Shown here: piece by piece, positions 53,570-64,000 of the stretch
How the letters are laid out: every line of letters begins with the position of its first letter
Numbering within the stretch: position 1 is the stretch's first letter
Source: Amoeboaphelidium protococcarum X5
Taxonomy: Eukaryota > Fungi > Aphelidiomycota
NCBI GenBank assembly: GCA_023515725.1
Contig: JALDTO010000235.1
Coordinates: 1-64,000 of the forward strand
Length of the DNA stretch: 64,000 nt
Direction: 5' to 3'
Notes under the pieces: generated by a model
The model's input: the letters and a program-made list of their open reading frames with translations, nothing else
The model's database searches: none
What the model was told of the DNA's origin: nothing
Position numbers and translations under genes: made by a program

Positions 53570-55312
53570 TCACTTCCAAATGGACGGCCATATAGATTCC
53601 TGGGACTTCTCAGATTTCTTTTCAATCAACTCTACTTTCAATTCACCATCTTTAACGATAAGAGCCACTTTGTCGCCATCACCGATTGTTTCATCTTCGT
53701 ACGCGTTGGCGATAAGACTAATTATAGAGCGTTCGACTTCAAACTTTAGACTTCTGGCACCATATCGTTCATCATAGATTCGCTCATTTTAACATATAAA
53801 GTCAATGACGGCTTGATCCCAAGTCAAATTTATATTGTGGCGTCTTTGAGCCAATTATTTCCATCGGTGCATTTCTTTCATAGTGATTTGACGAATATGC
53901 TCCGGCTTCAGTGGAACATACACCAAAATGTCATTGATTCTACCGATGAACTCATCACGTCTGAAATGTCGCCTCAAAATAGGATGAAGGATATGGTCAT
54001 GGAAATCGTCCACCTCTTTCTTGGCCTCTTTATTTCGAAGATCTTCTGATGCCTTGACCAGAGATGGTGCAAAGTTGGCAATCTCTTTCTGAGCCAAATT
54101 AGAAGTCATGATGAATATAGCATTTCTGCAATCTATAGTCTAGCCTTTGCCATCTGTGAGTCTTCCTTCATCGAACACTTATAGCAGAATGGTGGTCACA
54201 TCAGGATGCGCCTTCTCAATCTCATCCAGCAATACCACTACAGGAACATCTCCCTTGCACAGTTCAGCCAGCTTAGAAGTCAGCTGCCCACCCTCTTCAT
54301 AGCCAACATATCCTGGCGGAGATCCAATGAATCTGTGAACAGAATGCTTCTCCTAATATTCAGACATATCACACTTAATCATATTAGGAGGGATGCGATT
54401 TCCAACGGATGACGCGTCGTCAGACCCCGTATTCTGATTTGTAAAATACCAACCTACGGCTTTAGCTGTCTATGTCTTGCCAATACCAGAATTACCCAAC
54501 AGCATGAACACTAGTGGGCGCTCTTCATCGTGCCATTTGTTCTCATAACGTCTTATAGCATTGGATATGACAGTGATAGCCTAATCCTGACCAATGACTA
54601 CTTGTTTCAAATACGACTCTATAGGATTCTACTTACGCCTCTTACGCGCTTCCTACTCTTGTAAAGACTTTGCCTTCGACTCTGCAGCCTGCAAAGCCAA
54701 GTATACACTCTTTGGCTAACTAATTTCATCAAATAGATCTAACGCCTTCAGACCATTGCTATCAGTAAGAAGAGCATTGGCGCCATTGTCAACCAACAAC
54801 TAAATCAATTGAGCATCCTCATCCGTCGCAGCTGACAGCGTGAGGTAATGGAGTGGAGTGAAGCCTTTAGTGTTTGCATTATGATGTAACAAGGTAGATA
54901 GTTCTCTCATTCTATGAACATACGCAGACATTCCATATCTCTTAATATCATAATCATCTCGACAATTGACGTCAGCACCATTATGGATAAGCAACTAAAT
55001 CATCTGATATCGCTACTTATAATCAATGTTTCGCGACATGGCTACCGTATGCAAAATATTCCATCCATACGTGTGCTTCTCGTTAACATCACCTCCACTT
55101 TCAATGTAATTTTTCAATGCCTTAAGCTTATCTGAATATCTAGTACCAAACGCGATATTATCATCGTGACTTGCAATTACACCACACAGTTTGTCAACTG
55201 CCTTTTATTAGCGGAACCTATCATCGCCACGACTATAGCAATTCAAACGGCTCTATGTACACCATTTAGATACCAGCGCGATAGTTATAGCACTTCCTAC
55301 GGCTCTGTACAT
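53570..55312 (-). CDS. CLPB: Ankyrin-repeat + single AAA+ (NBD2-type) disaggregase, CLPB/Skd3-like
   Basis: [22 protein letters not shown]; then [21 protein letters not shown](Q)[42 protein letters not shown]. Confidence 0.88.
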
Positions 55313-55477
55313 GATGAGTTTATTTCTACAGGCAGAATAGTTATGTTGTAATTCTCCAGGAGAATGAGCGCGCGGCAAAAAGTGCGAGCTCTTCTCACTA
55401 AAGAGGCATTTGTGGCAAGATGTTCAGAGTCTAACAATCTCTGACTCAAACTGAAAGAACAGAATTCAATTGAAATT

Positions 55478-56284
55478 ATGGGAGATCATGTTGAGGTAAA
55501 TGATCCTCTAAATTCCTAGGGAAATGTTAAACCACCAGCAAATGATTCAGATGGAATGCAGGCAGTGTGGGACGATGAATTATAAGGATACGTTAAGCCG
55601 GACAAAGATGATAGCAGTTTCCGATACTTATGGGATGCAACTGTGAGAGCGTGGTTTCCCGTGTTCAATGAAGATCATTAGTAGTAGTAATAGTCTGCGT
55701 ACACAAGCAATAATCACCTGTAGTCCGATATAAAACGATCACTGGATGAGAAGGAGTTACATGATACTGGTGCCGACTAGTTTAATGACACAAAGTCGCA
55801 AAGTGTATCAGATAACAAATAGGCTGGCAAGAAGAGGAAATAAAATAGAAAAGATCAGCCTAATTAATCCCGGAATAGCTCTGTGTACGTGTCAAAATTA
55901 CCGCCAGATGTCACTAAAGATGAATTGAAGCTATTCTTCAGCAAGTGTGGTGTAATAATGCCAGATCTTAGAAGCAGTGATAAGAATGATGTCAAAATTA
56001 AAATCTATAGGCAAGATGCGGATGATAATAAAGATTGTAAAGGTGACGCGTTAGTAACATATTTTAAACCAGAGAGCGTGGATCTGGCCATCACTATTCT
56101 GGATGATACTGAGTTACGACCGGGTGTCACTATTAGTGTACAAAAGGCTGATTTTAGCCACAAGAAGGCAAAGGAAGATGTTGATGTTGTAGGTCAGGAA
56201 TAAGTAACAGCAGCATCATCATCACTTGATAAAAAGGTGGTTAAGAGTCAAATGAAACGAATAGAGAAGAAACTCGGCTGGTGA
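55478..56284 (+). CDS. Cus2/HTATSF1 (Tat-SF1)-like U2 snRNP factor, RRM1 only
   Basis: WD...RAWFP, VYVSKLPPDVT, FSKCGVI, KIKIY, KGDALVTYFKPESVDLAITILDD, ends KKLGW*. Confidence 0.8.
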
Positions 56285-56579
56285 TGATGATGAAAGAGTA
56301 TGGCACTTTCTTGCTTACGCGCATCTTTTGAATCTATTGTATTTTTTAACCATATTATACTCATGTTACTTTCCAATGTGCACCTTAAATTATTATCTTC
56401 TTTAGTCATCATCAGTTGTTAATGCGTGTGACCAATCAGATGACTTGAGCAGATCGTTTTCAATTTCTGTTTCAGCTTTCAAAGTCGCGCCATTCTTTCC
56501 TCTTACTCTATTGATCACACATATTGATCCACCTTCATTGTATCTCATAACTTTCATTGAATTTTATTCCATAATAATT

Positions 56580-58646
56580 ATGGCCAGGAATATTTAAAGA
56601 TTGGTTGCGCGTGAATATTAACAGTTCAACAACAATTAATCATCAGAAGAAGATGATGTTGAAATGTAGAGACTTCGGATTGCTGATGGATAGGAGATGA
56701 ATTTGCTTGATGATCGGTTATCTTATGTACTTCGGTATAAGTAATACTTTGAAAGTGATGACTTTTATCATGGAATATACAATTATTATATCAACAATGG
56801 AATGACTGCTTTGATGCTCAAGCGACTATTAAATCTACTCATAGTCGCGTTTGTGGTCTCATTCTCCACCTTCCTCATCAGTTGCATTGATCACTCTGCT
56901 ATACCAAAGACGCGTCAATTAAGTGAAGCTCTTATACCTCATTGTCTATCCACCATAAATACATTTCAGACTATATCTCTATTTCTATTTGTGTGCTTCT
57001 GGATATATGAAATGATGAAAATGGTGTCTGATTGGAGTCGGTACAAACTGATTTAGCAATTCTATGATGATGTATTGCAGATTGATGATAGCCAACTGTC
57101 CGACTTGGAGTGGCACGTTGTCGTTGATAAACTCGTTGATTTAGTGAATCGTTATCATTAATCTCAAAGCGTTAATACGAAATTTAGTGCTCAAGATTTG
57201 ACAAATAGGCTCATGAGACGAGACAATTATCTGATTGCTCTTCTGAATTTGGACATACTTGACTTGTAGAGTCCTTGGTCGATAATGTTTTAGAGTAAAG
57301 ACGGTATTGGTTAGAATCAGTAATTGAGTAAAGCTTTGCAGGTGCTTCTCGATTTCTGTGTATTTGATTATTTATTTGAATCTCAGGATCAGGGCCCTTA
57401 GTTCGCCGCCAGCTAATCAGGAGACAATCGATAGCCTGGCTTAAATGCTAAAGTGCTTAAGGATATCCATAGAACTGCTTACATTGCCGGATTGAGAAGA
57501 CGATTTATTTTGGCTGGTTTGGCTGCTTTTGTACTTGCACCTTTCGTGTTGGTCTTTCTAATGCTGTATTTTATCTTCAAGTATGGGGAGCAATTTCACA
57601 AGAATCCTGTCAAATTATCGTCACGTAGTTTTACACCATTGGTGAAGTGGAAGATTCGCGACTTTAATGAATTACCGCACCAGTTTGAGCGAAGATTGAA
57701 TTAATGCGCTGATAAGGCGAGTCAATACATGAACATGTTCCCTTCCGCTTATGTTGGAGTGTTGGCGAACTTTGTTGCTTATATCAGTGGCTCTATCGCG
57801 CTGGCACTGACTATCCTGTCCTTTGTTGATGATGATTTTCTGCTGCATTTCCATATTACACCTGGTAAGAGTGTTCTGTTCTATCTGGGTTTGTTTGGTG
57901 TTATATACTCGGCATCTCGTTCGCTGGTACCTGATGCTTCAAGAGAGATTAAGAAACAATCAGCGGAAGATCTTGTTAGGGAAGTCATTGAACTTGTTCA
58001 CTATTATCCAAGTCACTGGAAAGTGCACAATCTGAATAGTAGGTAATTGCAGCAAGAGTTTAGCTCAATCTATCAGTACAAAGTGGTCATTTTCGCGTAA
58101 GAGATTTTGGCCGTTGTCACTGCCCCATTCCTGCTATGTTTCTCTCTACCATCTTGTGCTGAAGGTATTGTTGATTTCTTCAAAGAAAACACTATCCATG
58201 TTGATGGTTTGGGGTATGTCTGCAGCTATTCTGTATTTGACTTTAAATCCTTTGACAGCCGGCGAGGTGTGATTAAGAGTTTGGATGCAGATGCTTATAG
58301 TGAAGAAATCCGGGAATATTCACCAAATAAGATGGAACTGTCAGTGATGAACTTTCAAGATAATTATCCAAATTGGGAACCGGAAGATGATCAGGATAAA
58401 GAACACGTCTAAATGCTCCGAAGCATGAGGAATATTCAGCCTCGAACGCGTAAAAGAACATCGCTTCTATCGCCTAATTAGACTCGTTTATCGCAGTCTG
58501 TCGTTGTGAGAAGACCATCTGCCGTGGTGGAGAATGTAAAAAGCACACAAGCTGAATCTTTGTCTGTGTATAAACCTCCTAAATTGCCTTAAATATTTGC
58601 AGAAGACGTGTCTGACTTGAGTACTCCCTCTAAATAATATATTTGA
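56580..58646 (+). CDS. ATG9: Autophagy protein ATG9
   Basis: [79 protein letters not shown]. Confidence 0.95.
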
Positions 58647-58965
58647 GTATGTGAATGTATAATAAACATTTAATTGCTTGTCTTACATATCATCACGTTT
58701 GACTTGAAATGTGTTTTATATGCTTATTAACTATGTGTTAAAGAAGACGCGTAGTCACGTAGATATGATTAATTTGATTCAAGGTGCCAGCCGACGACAT
58801 ACCTAAACAAACAAAGGGGATATTGTTTGATCAGTGTCCACTACAGCCTTCCTAACAACCAAGTGTAGAATATTACAACCATCCAATTTCTTTTGAAAGA
58901 AATAACAACTTCCACAGTAGAAATAAAATTGCTCATTCTATATCAATAGTGATACTTTAAATAAA

Positions 58966-60039
58966 ATGTCTCACTATCCAGCTGGTCATTAGTAGTAGCC
59001 AATGTACGCCCCTGCTCAGGTCTCTTCTAGTGAAGGTTCCTCCGTGCCACCTCCTATTCGATCAAGAAACAACTCCAGGCAAAATCTGACTGGAAACAGT
59101 GATGCAGAGTACATGATCTAGTCTTCTTTTGCGCATGAAGCCAAAGACGGTGATCATCAACAAGATACTGCCAGTACCTGCTACGGTGGAATGATCAGCT
59201 CTTTCGGTAGCGTTCTGGGAGTGTTAGGCTCCATTCCTTGTTGCTTCTGCTTCCCTAATCCGTACAAGTCTATTAATCAGGGAACCGTGGGATTGTTCAC
59301 TGCATTCGGTCGTTATCGACGTACTGTGAATGCTGGCTTGGTCTACTACAACGTTATGACTGAGGCTGTGACTGTGGTTGATGTGAGAATGTAAACCGTG
59401 GACATTCCTCACCAGCAGACTATTACCAGAGACAATGTCTCCGTCACTGTAGACTCTGTGTTGTTCTATTCTATTTAGAACCCGTACAAGTCTGTGTTTG
59501 AGGTTGCTAACGTCCGCACAGCTTTGATTGAGCGTACTCTGACGACTCTGCGTGCGGTGATTGGATTGCATGATCTGCAGGAGGCGATCACTAACAGAGA
59601 GACTGTGGCGCGTGAGATTTACAAAAACATTACTGGAATAGCCGCACAATGGGGTGTAAAGGTGGAAAGTATTCTGATCAAGGATATTGGATTCTCTCAA
59701 GAGTTGCAAGACTCTCTGTCTGCTGCTGCCAAGGCGAAGAGATTAGGTGCCAGTAAGATTGTGCAAGCTGAGGCTGAAGTCCAGGCTGCAATGTTGATGA
59801 AGAAGACCGCCATGCTGCTTTCTAATCCTGCCGCTCAACAAATCCGTTACTTGGAGACGATGAAGTCAATGGCCGCTGAGAATAACACCAAGATCATCTT
59901 CATGCCGCCAAGTTTTGGTAATTAGCGCCAGATGACTGAGAAGGAGTTGAAAGATTTGGAAGAGATTGAAGATGAGACGTCCAAGAGTATGGGCAACATG
60001 CAAAAGGCCGCCTTGAACGATGTGATTGCCAAGTTTTGA
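58966..60039 (+). CDS. Stomatin/Band-7 (SPFH) protein
   Basis: GSIPCCFCFPNPY, ITRDNVSVTVDSV, WGVKVESILIKDI, AQQIRYLETM. Confidence 0.93.
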
Positions 60040-60342
60040 TGAGACTACTGATGATGATAATAATACCTTTACTAAAAGTTGAGAAATAAATTTCGGATTG
60101 AATAGATAAGTGTTTTTCAGTTCTCCTTTCGTGTAAGCGATATTTTATCAAGTTTGAGTGCCACATCTGTATGAGTTATCCAGCGGTATACATCACAGCA
60201 GTGTAAAGTGCGAAGATCTTCATCGGCTCTTCATCTTCACACAGCGAGCGACGAAAACTTTTTCGCTGATCTTCACTTGGATCTAAATCCTCATTATCTA
60301 TTATATTCAAAATCAAGCTATCGCTAGTATTAGACTTTAGAT

Positions 60343-62388
<2,046 letters not shown>

Positions 62389-62837
62389 AGGCGCTGGCTA
62401 ATTTATTCAATAGAAAGTTACATTTATTTTTATTTTGCTTTTATTGCATATAAATTTTGCCATTCAATTCTATTCTAATAAATAGACATGATAATTGTCA
62501 CGGTAATCATCTTCATCATGAAATTTTTGTAGTCATTGCTGACGCGATGTTTATAGGCGCAGCTGGTAGCTCAAGCTGAGACTCAGCATTCAGCAGGTTC
62601 GCTGTCCATTGAGTGATTTTGAAAGTACTCAACCAGCAAATTAATTATCATTAGTAAGTACAACATAAGAACGTGTGCATCAATCAAACCGTATCAATAT
62701 CACCATGGTTACTAAGAAGTCAGGCTGGACACGGCGATAAAAGAAGACAAAAACTTGGGAACCTCCCACTGAATGTCAAACTTTGCATCACCAGGTAATT
62801 TGTATTAGTATCGAGTCAAAACTATATATAAGCTATA

Positions 62838-64000
62838 ATGAGAACCCAACCCAGACAAACTCAGCTGGCGGCAATCCTTCTATTGGCTCTATGTCTGATA
62901 ACTTTTGCTGTCATTACTCTGCCGGCTGGAAGAAATTTGTCAGAGTCGTTTTTCACGCAGAAGGAAAGGCCGTTTCAAGATTAGTCCTCCAAGAATGTTA
63001 ACGCTTCAACTCCAGGTAATGGTAATGGTAGTAAGGTGGACACATCTGCACCTCCCTCTGCGCCTAAAGATGATCAACAACTTGCAACCACTGGAAAAGT
63101 GTGGACCGCTGTCAAGAGATTTGACTACACGGGAGTAAGTGCCCAGGATTTTGTAAAATCTTCGTTGACACCTGAAACATTTGCATCTAGTGTATTGTCT
63201 CCTGCAGATGGTCACTTATGCTGCAAAAAGTGGGTTGTGATTACAACTATTTTTGATCCATCAAAGACTATATAGCAAGTGATCAGATTATCTGGATGGT
63301 GTGCCGTTATTGTTGGTGACAAGAAAACGCCTGAAGATAAGTATCAGAGTTTGGTCAGTCAGTTCAAAGATAAAGTTGTCTATCTTACTGTAGAGATGCA
63401 GAAATAGTTGCCATACTATATGAATAGCAAGATACCGTGGAACCATTTTGGTCGCAAGAATTTGGGTTATCTCTATGCTATACATCACTGTGCCGTTGAT
63501 ATCTATGATTGCGATGATGATAATGAACTCACGTCTGATAGTCTCAGGACCGTTGGGGAATTTGTAAACTTGTCTGAAATCAAGATTCCAGGTACCGCCT
63601 CAAAGAATATTAGTCACACATTCTTTAATCCGTACGCTAGTTTTGTTGATAGGAGTGTCTATAATGCATCCGCGACATGGCCCAGAGGATTTCCTCTATC
63701 TTTGATCAAGTCACATTAGAACGCAGTAAGTGCGGGTGAAGTACAAAAGTTGACAGTGTCGAATAGACTCGCTCTTGTCCAATCTTTAGCCTCGATTGAT
63801 CCGGATATGGACGCCATTTATAGGTTGAGTCAGCCGCTGCCATTGTTATTTGATCAGACGGTCACACCTGTTGTCATGAATGAGCGTTAGTATGCGCCGC
63901 TGAATGCATAAGCGCTAATGACTACGAGGCAGTCCTTCTTCGGCCTTCTTCTACCTATTAGTGTTCATGGCCGAGTGACTGATATCTGGCGATCTTACAT
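62838..64000 (+). CDS. STELLO/DUF288-like putative glycosyltransferase (runs off window end)
   Basis: Type II anchor; KWVVITTI, IVGDKKTP, RKNLGYLYAI, DCDDDN, WPRGFPL, DPDMDAIYRL, RVTDIWRSY. Confidence 0.85.

Overview
Gene-dense, almost intron-free eukaryotic DNA using a non-standard code: TAA/TAG = Gln, TGA the only stop (translation table 6 type). The standard-code ORF track is therefore fragmented, and all CDS below were re-read by hand. The fungus-like gene set plus this code points to an aphelid such as Amoeboaphelidium protococcarum (inference). The window opens with a telomere-like C2-4T(A/G) repeat, followed mostly by housekeeping genes. Stand-out accessory content: (1) an intact, transposase-free ~740-aa Fanzor1-type RNA-guided nuclease gene (4994-7216, -) followed by a strongly structured candidate omegaRNA; (2) three tandem integrin-beta/Sib-like surface receptors (signal peptide, MIDAS vWA, Thr/Ser stalk, TM, NPLY+NPLF tail) with a hypervariable loop, interrupted by a ~6.35-kb composite insertion carrying hAT and Copia remnants; (3) two PP2C phosphatases with signal peptides; (4) an inverted duplication of a divergent kinase around cysteine dioxygenase; (5) an ankyrin-AAA+ CLPB/Skd3-type gene. 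Family calls rest on motif recognition; no searches were run.
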